Source: an uncultured Clostridia bacterium
Lineage (GTDB): Bacteria > Bacillota > Clostridia > Christensenellales > UBA1242
Length of the DNA: 62,399 nucleotides
Assembly (NCBI GenBank): GCA_944381825.1
Contig: CALWMK010000004.1
Span: 1 to 62,399, forward strand
Reading direction: 5' to 3'
The notes under the pieces were generated by a model. It was not told the origin of the DNA. It saw only the letters and a list, made by a program, of their open reading frames with translations, and searched no databases. A program made the translations under genes and the position numbers. Below are positions 1 through 9,110 of the stretch, piece by piece. The number at the start of each line of letters is the position of its first letter. Within the stretch, counting starts at the first letter, position 1.

Positions 1-170
1 TATTGTAACAAATTGCCCTATTTTGTACAATTCTTTTCCCACCTTTTCCTACCTTTTTTTTATTTACCCCTCCTCACCTAACTGACATACATTTATACAT
101 AACTGTTGTTATTTAACAAAAAATGATTTTAAATCTATTAAAAACAATCATTTTTAAAAATATTTAACAT

Positions 171-200
171 AAAAAAAACAAACCTAGGTTTGTTTTTTTT
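171..200. terminator. Perfect 30-nt palindrome flanked by A/T runs; bidirectional rho-independent terminator downstream of the DegV gene
   Basis: aaaaaaaacaaacct/aggtttgtttttttt are exact reverse complements; lies 40 nt past the minus-strand stop at 240. Confidence 0.7.
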
Positions 201-239
201 GACTAATATATTATTGCTTTTCCATAAATACTAAATTTT

Positions 240-1106
240 TTAATAATATCTACAACATGCTAACGCGATTGCACCATCACCAATATGACAAGCAATTGAA
301 AGAGGCAAAGAACTTACTAATTCAACCTCAATATTGTATTTTTCAAAAGCTTTATCCACTTCTTCTTTAAACTCTAAGGCCTTGTCCTCCAAATAAGTAT
401 AAGCAATAAAAATCTTCATCTTGCCTTTTTCTTCAAATTGTTTAAACCTTTGTTCAAAGTCTTTAATAATTTGTTCAATCATTTTTTTCTTTCCTTGAGA
501 ATATGAAAGAACTTGACAAAATTTATCCAACTTTCCCCCTTGAATTTGAAGCACGGGTTTAATTTTTAATAAGGTTCCGAGAGCAGCTGCAGCTGGTGTA
601 ATTCTTCCACCTTTTTTAAGATATTTTAAGGTTGTAAGCATAATATAAATACTTGAGTCATAAGAGGTTTCTTCCAACCAATCTTTAATTTCTTTTGCAC
701 TTTTTCCCTCTTTTGCAAGTTTTAATGCATCTAATACAGACTGTCTTTGTGTTACAGAAATTCTATGATTATCAACAACTTGAACTTTACCATTAAATTC
801 TTTTGCATGAGAAATAGCTGTTTCAGTGCTAGCTGAAAGTCCACTACTCATTGGAATGTGAACAATTTCATCAAATTCATTTAATAAGTTTTTCCAAAGT
901 TCAACAATATTAAAAATATTGGGTTGACTAGTTGAAACCCCTGCACCCATTAAAAGTTTTTTATAAAATTCATTTTGTGACAAATTTATCTCTTCAAAAT
1001 ATTCCTCCTCATTAATTAAAAAAGGCATTGGAATAACAGTACAACCAAGTTCTTTTGCCTCTTTTTGTGTTATACCACTATTGCTATCAGTAACTATCGC
1101 AACCAT
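240..1106 (-). CDS. DegV family fatty-acid-binding protein
   Basis: N-terminus MVAIVTDSNSGI is typical of DegV. Start moved to the internal ATG at 1106, preceded by aaaggagaatttt. Confidence 0.85.
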   Translation of the reverse strand: MVAIVTDSNSGITQKEAKELGCTVIPMPFLINEEEYFEEINLSQNEFYKKLLMGAGVSTSQPNIFNIVELWKNLLNEFDEIVHIPMSSGLSASTETAISHAKEFNGKVQVVDNHRISVTQRQSVLDALKLAKEGKSAKEIKDWLEETSYDSSIYIMLTTLKYLKKGGRITPAAAALGTLLKIKPVLQIQGGKLDKFCQVLSYSQGKKKMIEQIIKDFEQRFKQFEEKGKMKIFIAYTYLEDKALEFKEEVDKAFEKYNIEVELVSSLPLSIACHIGDGAIALACCRYY

Positions 1107-1310
1107 AAAATTCTCCTTTGAATGATTTTTTTGACAAAAATTGTGTATTAGAACATTTTCTATTTTTTTTTCCAAAATAATATAACATAATTTAAATTTT
1201 CAATCAAACATATTTTTTAAAATTTATATTTTACAAAATTTACTTTAAACTAAAATTGATTTTGCAATAAATTAATTGTTTCCACTCATAATTTATTATT
1301 AATATTTAAC

Positions 1311-2072
1311 TTAGTTTATTTTTAATATCTTTCTAAATTCCCTTTCTAACAAATCCCAACTTTTTTCTTTTTCTTTAGGCAATCGCTCAATTTTGTTTTT
1401 TGTTTCTAGAAATAACTTCTCAATATACTGATCCAATTCTCTATTCTTTTGAATTATTTTTGTTTCATCACTATTCATCTTTATCTCTAACATTCTGTCA
1501 ATTATTTTATTAATATTTTCAGATGCTAATATTTTCCGCAATTTATTAAATTCAATAGGCGGAGCTTCTTTATAATCTAACACAAATTTAGCGGAAAGAA
1601 TTGCCCTCAACAAATAAAAATATTTTTTTACATTTACTTCATCTTTATTTTTGATATAATTGTAATCTTGATTTTTTGCCATATTGTAATAATGTCTACT
1701 TATTTTATTTACAGAAAAATATTTTTTAAAAAGTGTTCTTAGCTCGTTCACGATGTTATCTTCTTTATAAATAATTGGTGATTGAAACCATTCGTGCAAA
1801 CTTGGATTTGAACTATGAGCCAATTTCAAAGTTTTTGATATATCCCATCCACTAATATCTAATAAATTGTTTATTGGATATTCTAATACATCTCTAGTTT
1901 GTTCCAATTTCAAATAGAATTCTTTATTTCTTATATAAATAAATCTAACATCATAATCCGAATCAAGTCCAGCAAATCCCCATGCTCTTGACCCAGATTC
2001 AACTGCGTAAATGATTTGAATCTTTTCTTTTTGTTCTATTTTACTCAATTCTTGAATTATTCTATCTTTCAT
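1311..2072 (-). CDS. Pol-beta-fold nucleotidyltransferase, COG3541 / RlaP-like family
   Basis: Motif AVESGSRAWGFAGLDSDYDVRFIY; the ORF overlaps the upstream ORF by 11 nt. Confidence 0.7.
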   Translation of the reverse strand: MKDRIIQELSKIEQKEKIQIIYAVESGSRAWGFAGLDSDYDVRFIYIRNKEFYLKLEQTRDVLEYPINNLLDISGWDISKTLKLAHSSNPSLHEWFQSPIIYKEDNIVNELRTLFKKYFSVNKISRHYYNMAKNQDYNYIKNKDEVNVKKYFYLLRAILSAKFVLDYKEAPPIEFNKLRKILASENINKIIDRMLEIKMNSDETKIIQKNRELDQYIEKLFLETKNKIERLPKEKEKSWDLLEREFRKILKIN

Positions 2073-3321
2073 TGCAACCTCTATTCTTCAAATATAAAAC
2101 TCTGATTTCATGCATTTTTCTTGCAACTTCTTTGCCTTCACTAATTCCAAATTGTTTCATTATTTTATTGCCATCAACATAATTTATAATTTCATAGCCC
2201 AAATCTGCAAATTGATTTTTGTCACAATTTTCTTGCCTTTTATCTGAATCAACAATTATTTGTAGTCCATCTAAACCCAAAATTGTTTTGTTCACTCGTT
2301 CTATAAAACTGACTTTTTTTGAAAAAGTCATTTTGTCAAAAATTCCACCTTTCATATGTTCTAAACAAGATGTTACACCACATTTTATCATTCTCGTAGG
2401 AAGTTTCAACCTATTTCCAAAAATCCTTACTAATTCTGCACCTCTTTTTTCATGTTCGACATGATGCGGATATTCTTCTTTAGGTGTTGTTCCCTTTCCC
2501 AAGTCATGCACTAAAGCAGCAAATCGCAATTCTAACTTTCTGCCAACATCTAAACCCTTTGTTTTATTGGCTACTTTGTTTAATACAATCATTGTATGAT
2601 TATAACAGTCACCTTCAGGATGATATTTAATCGGTTGCTCTACTCCAATTAAATCGTAAATTTCTTTAAAATGAACATCTAAAACATCTGCTTGCTTTAA
2701 TACCTCAAAGAAAATTGATGGTCTATCTGTTGTTAGGGCTTTACATAATTCACAGTAAACTCTTTCCACCGATAAACTTGATAACTCATTTTTTAGTGAT
2801 GTCATCATTTTAATTGTGTTAGATTCCACACAAAAATTAAATTGACTTGCAAATCTTGCAACTCTATAAACTCTTAATGGATCTTCAACAAAATGACTGC
2901 CGACAGCTCTAATAATACTATTTTTTAGGTCTTGTATCCCATTAAATGGATCTATAATTTTGTCAGTTAAAACTTCTTTTGCAATGGCATTTATAGTAAT
3001 ATCTCTACGCTGTAAGTCTTCTTCAATTGTCAGTTTTTTGTCGGTTTCTATATCAAAATTATTATGTCCTATTCCAATTTTTCTTTCTTTTCTTGCAATG
3101 GCAAACTCTTTATTATCAATTGAAAAAACTGGAAAATCTTTCCCTCTTACAACTGCTTTTGGAAAGAGTCGTTTAAATTCATAAAATGAAATGCCCGTTA
3201 CACAGTAATCTTCATCATGATTAACAATTCCTAGTAGCTTATCTCTAATTGCTCCGCCAACTAAATATAAATTTCCTCCATTAAGCTTTATAATGTTTGC
3301 AATTTCATTTATATTTTTCAT
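2062..3321 (-). CDS. cca: CCA-adding tRNA nucleotidyltransferase family protein with C-terminal HD domain
   Basis: LYLVGGAIRD, RRDITINA and DPLRVYRVARF head/neck motifs; ALVHDLGK HD motif. Confidence 0.75.
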   Translation of the reverse strand: MKNINEIANIIKLNGGNLYLVGGAIRDKLLGIVNHDEDYCVTGISFYEFKRLFPKAVVRGKDFPVFSIDNKEFAIARKERKIGIGHNNFDIETDKKLTIEEDLQRRDITINAIAKEVLTDKIIDPFNGIQDLKNSIIRAVGSHFVEDPLRVYRVARFASQFNFCVESNTIKMMTSLKNELSSLSVERVYCELCKALTTDRPSIFFEVLKQADVLDVHFKEIYDLIGVEQPIKYHPEGDCYNHTMIVLNKVANKTKGLDVGRKLELRFAALVHDLGKGTTPKEEYPHHVEHEKRGAELVRIFGNRLKLPTRMIKCGVTSCLEHMKGGIFDKMTFSKKVSFIERVNKTILGLDGLQIIVDSDKRQENCDKNQFADLGYEIINYVDGNKIMKQFGISEGKEVARKMHEIRVLYLKNRGCNER

Positions 3322-3438
3322 ATATACCCTTTCTTAATAATTACGATAACTTCACACAACTATGATTTTTATAGCATAATTTTACAATTATAACAACATT
3401 TTTAAAAACTAAAAACTTTTAAAATATAAAATTCATAA

Positions 3439-3603
3439 CATAAGCACACTTTTGCGACGCGCTGTGCGGAAAAAAATTCTGTCAAAGTTGTGCAAAAATG
3501 GTTGGGACATACCACTTCTGCCATGACCTTGAATGTCTACTCCCACGTTTTACCAGAGTTTGAGGAAAAAGAGGTTAATAGATTTAGTATAGATTTACAA
3601 TAA
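3439..3603 (+). pseudogene. Remnant of the C-terminus of a tyrosine recombinase (phage-type integrase)
   Basis: Translation HTFATRCAEKNSVKVVQKWLGHTTSAMTLNVYSHVLPE* retains the HxxR box and LGH...Y catalytic region. There is no start codon and nothing upstream (stop at 3436). Confidence 0.7.
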
Positions 3604-3635
3604 TTCACCATGATAAAGCATGGTGAATTTTGTTT
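3603..3635 (+). terminator. Rho-independent terminator after the integrase remnant
   Basis: attcaccatg-ataaag-catggtgaat 10-bp stem followed by tttgttt. Confidence 0.6.
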
Positions 3636-3823
3636 AACATCAAACTTCTATTTATAAAGATACACTTTTAATAAATATTTGACATAGACGGAAACTATGC
3701 AAAGCATTTCATTCTTTACCAAATATTATAAAAAAATCTATTTTTAAAAAACTTAAAAGTAGCCCCTTATAAAAGACAAAAACAAAAGCTGAACAATAGA
3801 AATTTTCTATCATTCAGCTCCTT

Positions 3824-3898
3824 TGGCTCCCCGAGTAGGGCTCGAACCTACGACCTGCCGGTTAACAGCCGGATGCTCTACCACTGAGCTATCGAGGA
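3824..3898 (-). tRNA. tRNA-Asn: tRNA-Asn (anticodon GTT), CCA encoded
   Basis: Reverse complement TCCTCGATAGCTCAGTGGTAGAGCATCCGGCTGTTAACCGGCAGGTCGTAGGTTCGAGCCCTACTCGGGGAGCCA folds as a cloverleaf with a 7-bp acceptor stem, GTTCGAG T-loop and CT-GTT-AA anticodon loop. Confidence 0.9.
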
Positions 3899-3958
3899 AT
3901 AAACATTCATGATTATATCAAAGTGTAATTTTATTGTCAATAATTTTCAAAATATTTT

Positions 3959-4429
3959 TTAAATTTTAAATCTTACTAATCTATCAACAATATCTGATAA
4001 ATATTCTCCGCTTTGCAAAACAACTTTATTTTCGCAATCTTCCTCTTCAACTTCTTCTAAATATCTATCCCATTCTAAAAAAAATGCTTCTATCCACTCT
4101 CTTGAATATTTGTTTTTAATAGCTCTTTCCATAAAATCTCTTTTTGCAAATCTATTTGGATATACCAAATAATATTTTATTCCTTTTTCATTTAATAAGT
4201 GCATTACCTTATCTGAACTTTTAATTGCAACTATGTCATAATCTTTTCGTAAAGCCAAAGCACAATCCACATAAATTTTTTCCCATCCCGGTTGTTTTAC
4301 AAATGCTTTTGCGTCTAAATCATAAAACTTTATGTCTGGTCTATATTTAGAAACAGATGATTTTCCTATACCAAAAAAGCCACACACAATTACACCTGGT
4401 TTTTTTATATCATGTTCATCATTATACAT
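3959..4429 (-). CDS. Small P-loop NTPase/kinase-like protein, function unknown
   Basis: Walker A-like GFFGIGKSS near the N-terminus; 7 nt downstream of the bPH gene. Confidence 0.5.
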   Translation of the reverse strand: MYNDEHDIKKPGVIVCGFFGIGKSSVSKYRPDIKFYDLDAKAFVKQPGWEKIYVDCALALRKDYDIVAIKSSDKVMHLLNEKGIKYYLVYPNRFAKRDFMERAIKNKYSREWIEAFFLEWDRYLEEVEEEDCENKVVLQSGEYLSDIVDRLVRFKI

Positions 4430-4436
4430 AAATCAC

Positions 4437-4820
4437 CTATCCGTGAAATTCTCCAATTCTAAAGCCTTTTTCTTCACGCTCTTTTTCGATATAATCTGAA
4501 ATAATATCTCTAACCTTAAAGGGATTTTTTACCCTTATTATATTAAAATATTCTAAACTTTCATCTTTACAGTAAAGATACAAAGATCCAACATTAAAAA
4601 TTTTATCTCCAAGTGTTTGTCTTACAGAAATGTCAAATATACGATAGACTAAAACTTCTTCATGTTTTGTTGACAAAAAACCAGTATCCAAAAAAAGCTT
4701 TATCCAAGAGCCTTCTTTTTCCACCAATGAATACCTTGTAAAAGAAATAGGCATGCCGAAATATCTTTTTTTATCAGTCCAGATAATTTTAGTGTCTTCT
4801 CCAAATATTTCCTTTTTCAT
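4437..4820 (-). CDS. Bacterial PH (bPH_2/DUF304-like) domain protein
   Basis: Pattern FTRYSLVEKEG...VLVYRIFDISVRQTLGDKIFNVGSLYLY...VKNPFKVRDII resembles the bPH family; RBS ggaggc upstream. Confidence 0.55.
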   Translation of the reverse strand: MKKEIFGEDTKIIWTDKKRYFGMPISFTRYSLVEKEGSWIKLFLDTGFLSTKHEEVLVYRIFDISVRQTLGDKIFNVGSLYLYCKDESLEYFNIIRVKNPFKVRDIISDYIEKEREEKGFRIGEFHG

Positions 4821-4962
4821 ATTGCCTCCAATAATTAATTATAATCTAAAAGTATAATATTTGCAACACATATTAAAAAATAAAGTTATTAATATGCAAA
4901 GTTCAAACATCATTTCTTGTCATTAAATTATCATTTTTCGACAATACTTCATAAAAAAAGAT

Positions 4963-5433
4963 ATGTATTATAATAGAGAGGCAGCAGTAAATTATGCTGA
5001 AAAATGGGCACTATATCGCAACCCTATGTACTATGATTTTTCACTAATAGGCGGTGACTGTACCAATTTTATATCGCAATGCTTATACAGCGGAAATATT
5101 CCAATGAACAGAAATAAATATGGTTGGTTTTATCAATCTTTAGAAAGTCGTTCGCCAAGTTGGAGTGGAGTTGAAGAATTTTGGTCATTTGCAATTTCAA
5201 ATAAAACAGAATTTGGTGTAAAGATAAAAGAAATCTTATTAAGTGAGCTTGAAATTGGAGATATAATTCAATTAGGCAATGATAGCGGATATTATCACAC
5301 CCTTTTAGTTACAAAACTAATTTCACCCACACCTAATAATATTTTTATTTGCGCGCATGATTATGATTCATTAAATAGAAAACTTTCTAGTTATAATTAC
5401 CAAAAAATAAGATGCGGGAAAATTATAGCTTAA
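4963..5433 (+). CDS. Putative amidase-domain (Amidase_6-like) protein
   Basis: YNREAAVNYAEKWA...GGDCTNFISQCLYSG...HT motif arrangement. Confidence 0.6.
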   Translation: MYYNREAAVNYAEKWALYRNPMYYDFSLIGGDCTNFISQCLYSGNIPMNRNKYGWFYQSLESRSPSWSGVEEFWSFAISNKTEFGVKIKEILLSELEIGDIIQLGNDSGYYHTLLVTKLISPTPNNIFICAHDYDSLNRKLSSYNYQKIRCGKIIA

Positions 5434-6118
5434 TAGGATACATTTTACAATTTCTAAATGAAAATGCTCCATCATCTCCAATAATAATATGGTCAACCAA
5501 CTCTATGCCCACATCATTGAGCCAATCTTTCATAATATTAGTCGCGTCGTCATCAGAAATGGATGGAGAACATGATTCTTTGGGATGATTATGTCCAATT
5601 AATATTTTTTTAACTTTATTTGTCATTGCAAAATCAGTTAGGCAACTTTTTGTCACAGTTAAATTTTCATCTTTTACAGTGGCAACTTTTTTGTGTGCAA
5701 TGACCTCATTTTTTAAATTTAAAGCAACAACATAACATTCCATTTTATCTTTTAACTCAAGTAAATTACAAAAATAGTCAATTATTTCTTGAATATTATT
5801 TAATCTCTTAATGTCTTTACATCGATTTGTTCGGTAATATTGCATAACATCACGCATAAGCGATAGCATTTGTGAGCTTGCTCTTCCCATTTTTTTAACA
5901 CACATCAAATCTTCTACAGAAGCTTCTAAAACCGAGTGATAATCACCAAACTTATTTAATAAATCGTGCGCTATTTCATTAGTATCACAGCGAGGATGAA
6001 TATAATATAATGTAAATTCCAATGCTTGATGTTCGTTTAAATTTTCTATACCTATTTTACTTATTAAATTTCTTAACCTTAGCCTATGTCCTAAATGACT
6101 ATGTTTTTTTTCTTCCAT
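5423..6118 (-). CDS. radC: RadC-family JAB/MPN domain protein (paralog 1)
   Basis: HNHPKESCSPSISD has the same spacing as the canonical HNHPSGxxxPSxxD; C-terminal GIELVDHIIIG. Confidence 0.8.
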   Translation of the reverse strand: MEEKKHSHLGHRLRLRNLISKIGIENLNEHQALEFTLYYIHPRCDTNEIAHDLLNKFGDYHSVLEASVEDLMCVKKMGRASSQMLSLMRDVMQYYRTNRCKDIKRLNNIQEIIDYFCNLLELKDKMECYVVALNLKNEVIAHKKVATVKDENLTVTKSCLTDFAMTNKVKKILIGHNHPKESCSPSISDDDATNIMKDWLNDVGIELVDHIIIGDDGAFSFRNCKMYPIKL

Positions 6119-6307
6119 ATTTCCACCATAATTTATATAATTATCAAAAAACTAACTTAGACATTATACAACTATTTTCTTTTTTTATATATTTATTTTT
6201 AATAAAACAATTTAAATTAAGAAAATACACATTGTTTATCACCCACAAAAAAGGGATAATTTAAAAATATTGATATATACAAGTTTTTTATTAAAAATAT
6301 AAATAAT

Positions 6308-6382
6308 TTACATTATCGGAAGTTTTGTCTGCAAGCGACAAAGTCATTTACAAGCAAACTGATGTTTATTCAAACTGTGATG
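6308..6382 (+). repeat. Copy A of a roughly 75-nt repeat; inverted partner at 62324-62399
   Basis: attatcggaagttttgtctgcaagcgacaaagtcatttacaagcaaactgatgtttattcaaactgtgatg versus the reverse complement of the window end: 5 substitutions plus 1 indel by hand alignment. Confidence 0.85.
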
Positions 6383-6710
6383 AAAAAAAACTTTAGTTTT
6401 TGCTTGTTTTGTACAAATAAAACTTAAATTTTGTGCAAGCAAAATTTAACATTCACATTAGTTTATATAATAAGTCAAATTATTAAAAAATAAAACAAAA
6501 AAAGAACAAATCCTTTATATACACTCTTCAGAGTATTAACTTTTTTGAAAATAAATTATTAATTAAACTTTTAAAAGATAAAATTTTTTGATTTTTTAAC
6601 GATTTAATCAATTGTTTTTGATTAGAATATGTTTCATATTTTTGCATTAATAATTCAAATTATTTTATTTTTTTTAAGATATTTATTATAATAATAAAAA
6701 AGGAGATAAA

Positions 6711-7412
6711 ATGACTCAAAAAAATAATAAAATTGCAATTTATATAAATATAGTTTTAGGAATATTTTTATTGATAGCAACAATATGTTTTATGCAAATT
6801 CCAACAAATAAATATGTCACCAAATCAATTGCCAGTTCCATTTTTGTTTTAACTGGCATATTTAATTTTGTTCTTGTTTGCAAACAATGGCAGTTTAAAA
6901 AATCATGGAAAGAAATATTATTGGTTGTTGGTTTATTTTTCGCAATGCTAGGAGATATAATTTTAATTGGCAATTTTATTGTTGGTGCACTATTTTTTGC
7001 ACTTGGTCATATATTTTTTACAATTTATTTTTGCACTTTGCAAAAACTTACATGGATAGACATTGTTTGTTGGATATTGCTTATAACACTTGCAATGCTT
7101 TTAATATTTTTATATCCAAACTTTGAATTTGATGGATTGCAAATTCTTGTTGCTATTTACGCAACTATAATTTCAATAATGCTTGGTAAAGCCATTGGCA
7201 ACTTTATAATTAGAAAAAATACACCAAATTTCATTAGCTTTTTGGGAGCAATTTTGTTCTTCTTTTCTGACTTGATGTTATTATTTTATGTTTTTGGTGG
7301 TCATAATGTAATATTTGATTATCTTTGTGTATATTCCTATTATCCAGCAGAATTTTTACTTGCAATTTCAGTTTTATTACAATCAAAAACAAGAAATGCT
7401 TTTAAAGACTAA
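6711..7412 (+). CDS. YhhN-family (lysoplasmalogenase-like) membrane protein
   Basis: Multi-pass membrane protein with GDIILI, FALGHIFF and FFFSDLML motifs; RBS aaaggaga. Confidence 0.7.
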   Translation: MTQKNNKIAIYINIVLGIFLLIATICFMQIPTNKYVTKSIASSIFVLTGIFNFVLVCKQWQFKKSWKEILLVVGLFFAMLGDIILIGNFIVGALFFALGHIFFTIYFCTLQKLTWIDIVCWILLITLAMLLIFLYPNFEFDGLQILVAIYATIISIMLGKAIGNFIIRKNTPNFISFLGAILFFFSDLMLLFYVFGGHNVIFDYLCVYSYYPAEFLLAISVLLQSKTRNAFKD

Positions 7413-7601
7413 GACATTATAATTATTCCAACAAAACTTATAAACTAATAAATAACTTAAAATGGCTGTGTTTTCGGCAAATGATAAAAGCAATGTATTT
7501 GTTTAGAACTGATTTTAATCATTAAAAGTTAATAAAAAGTTAGATTTTTATAAAAATAATTAAAATGTTTTTAATAAAAAAATGCTTCAAAACGAAGTAC
7601 T

Positions 7602-7651
7602 CGAGTTCTTTTAGCAGAAAGCTAACATCTTAATCCGTCTAAAAGAACTCG
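7602..7651. terminator. Long hairpin between convergent genes, likely a bidirectional terminator
   Basis: 13-bp perfect stem cgagttcttttag/ctaaaagaactcg with a 24-nt loop; A-run upstream and T-run (7674-7680) downstream. Confidence 0.45.
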
Positions 7652-7678
7652 CAAGAACAAAGTTTTGGACTGCTTTTT

Positions 7679-9028
7679 TTAATTTAAAATTATTTCGTAG
7701 GCGACTTTAACACCCTCTTCCACCCTCACTGCCTCACTAATTTCAACTCCAGCAATAGCATAAATTTCATTTTCAAAAGCCAAAACGGGCAACAAATTTC
7801 TAAGACGCTGTGGAATTTTTTTATCGGCTAAAAAGCTCTTTAGTTTTTTTGTTCCCCCACCAAATTTTTCAAAAACATCACCATCTTCTCTAAATCTCCA
7901 AATTGCACCTTTTGGCAATTTTTTTGCATCAATCATAAGATTATTCGCGGTTTTTACAAAATCCTTTGGATTAATTCTTTTAACTTTTAGTTTACCAACT
8001 CCTTCTATTTCAAATTCACCACATTTAAAGGGAAATTTTAAAATTTTCTTTTCTTTATGCTTATTAGTAAGAGTAACAAAATCATATTCCTTATGAACCG
8101 AAAGTTCCATAGGCAAATCAAGTTTCTTTCCGTTTTCACCTTTTAGAGCCAATGCCATTATAAGTGAGATATGTTTTCTTTCAACATCGTTTGTCACACC
8201 AATTAACCTAAGCGCTTTAAATACAAGTCTTGTAACAATTGCATTAGGATACAAAAAGTAGGAACTAGGAATTTTCACCGTTTTATCTTCCACAATAAGT
8301 GCATCATCGATTATTTGAGAATTTATGTATTCATTATCGTCTAGACAATCATTTGAAAGTGCAATTATAGAATTAATTGCGTTTGGCCAAAGTTTTAATA
8401 TTTCTGGCATAATTTTATTTCTTAATCTATTTCTTTGGTAAGAGTCATCCAAGTTTGTTAAATCTTCAACATTTGGAATTAAATTTTGGTTTAAATAATC
8501 TACAATTTCCGCCTTATCAGTTGTTAAAAAAGGACGAATGTAAAACTCTCTAACAGGACTCATTCCCTTCATTCCACTAACACCAGAACCCCTGAACATA
8601 TGCATTAAAATTGTTTCAGCCTGATCCATTTTATGATGAGCAAGTGCTATTTTTGAAACAACACCTTTTTTATAAAGCGCTTCAAACACTCCATATCTAG
8701 CATCTCTTGCTCCCATTTCGATACTTACAGATTTTTCGCGTGAAATTTTGGTTGCATCCACCTTGAATTTGTATGCTCTGATTCCATGTTCCTTACAAAA
8801 AGAAAGAACAAATTCAGCATCTTCATGGCTTTCCTCTCTAATACAATGGTCCACATGAATTGCAATAACCTCAAAATCAAGTGTTTCACTAAGTTCTTTT
8901 AAAAAGCATAACAAAGCCATAGAATCTTTTCCGCCACTAGTTGCAACTCCAATAATGTCGCCATCTTCAATCATTTTATTTTCTTTAATCAAAAGTTTTG
9001 CATTTTCAAACATATTATATTTCCTCAT
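7679..9028 (-). CDS. tilS: tRNA(Ile)-lysidine synthetase
   Basis: PP-loop SGGKDSMAL and C-terminal TilS domain (KKLKSFLADKKIP); exact start uncertain. Confidence 0.85.
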   Translation of the reverse strand: MRKYNMFENAKLLIKENKMIEDGDIIGVATSGGKDSMALLCFLKELSETLDFEVIAIHVDHCIREESHEDAEFVLSFCKEHGIRAYKFKVDATKISREKSVSIEMGARDARYGVFEALYKKGVVSKIALAHHKMDQAETILMHMFRGSGVSGMKGMSPVREFYIRPFLTTDKAEIVDYLNQNLIPNVEDLTNLDDSYQRNRLRNKIMPEILKLWPNAINSIIALSNDCLDDNEYINSQIIDDALIVEDKTVKIPSSYFLYPNAIVTRLVFKALRLIGVTNDVERKHISLIMALALKGENGKKLDLPMELSVHKEYDFVTLTNKHKEKKILKFPFKCGEFEIEGVGKLKVKRINPKDFVKTANNLMIDAKKLPKGAIWRFREDGDVFEKFGGGTKKLKSFLADKKIPQRLRNLLPVLAFENEIYAIAGVEISEAVRVEEGVKVAYEIILN

Positions 9029-9110
9029 AAAAAACTATATCAAAGTATACACTTAAAAAACTTTCTCGTAAAGTATTTTTTTTATTGATATCAAAAACAA
9101 ACAAAACAAG

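Noticed and set aside
1-110. Purine-rich stretch on the minus strand (ggtgaggaggggtaaataaaaaaaggtaggaaaaggtggg) that might be a leader or RBS-like element
   Set aside because: It is cut by the window edge, with no start codon at proper spacing and no visible downstream gene, so it cannot be interpreted.
2219-3184. Plus-strand ORFs 2219-2464 and 2960-3184, and many similar short ORFs across the track (e.g. 9142-9354, 11131-11379, 18240-18566, 26386-26784, 28269-28631, 54279-55258, 60144-60575)
   Set aside because: They lie antisense to, or out of frame within, long well-supported genes. They have low-complexity composition typical of shadow ORFs in AT-rich DNA and no RBS.
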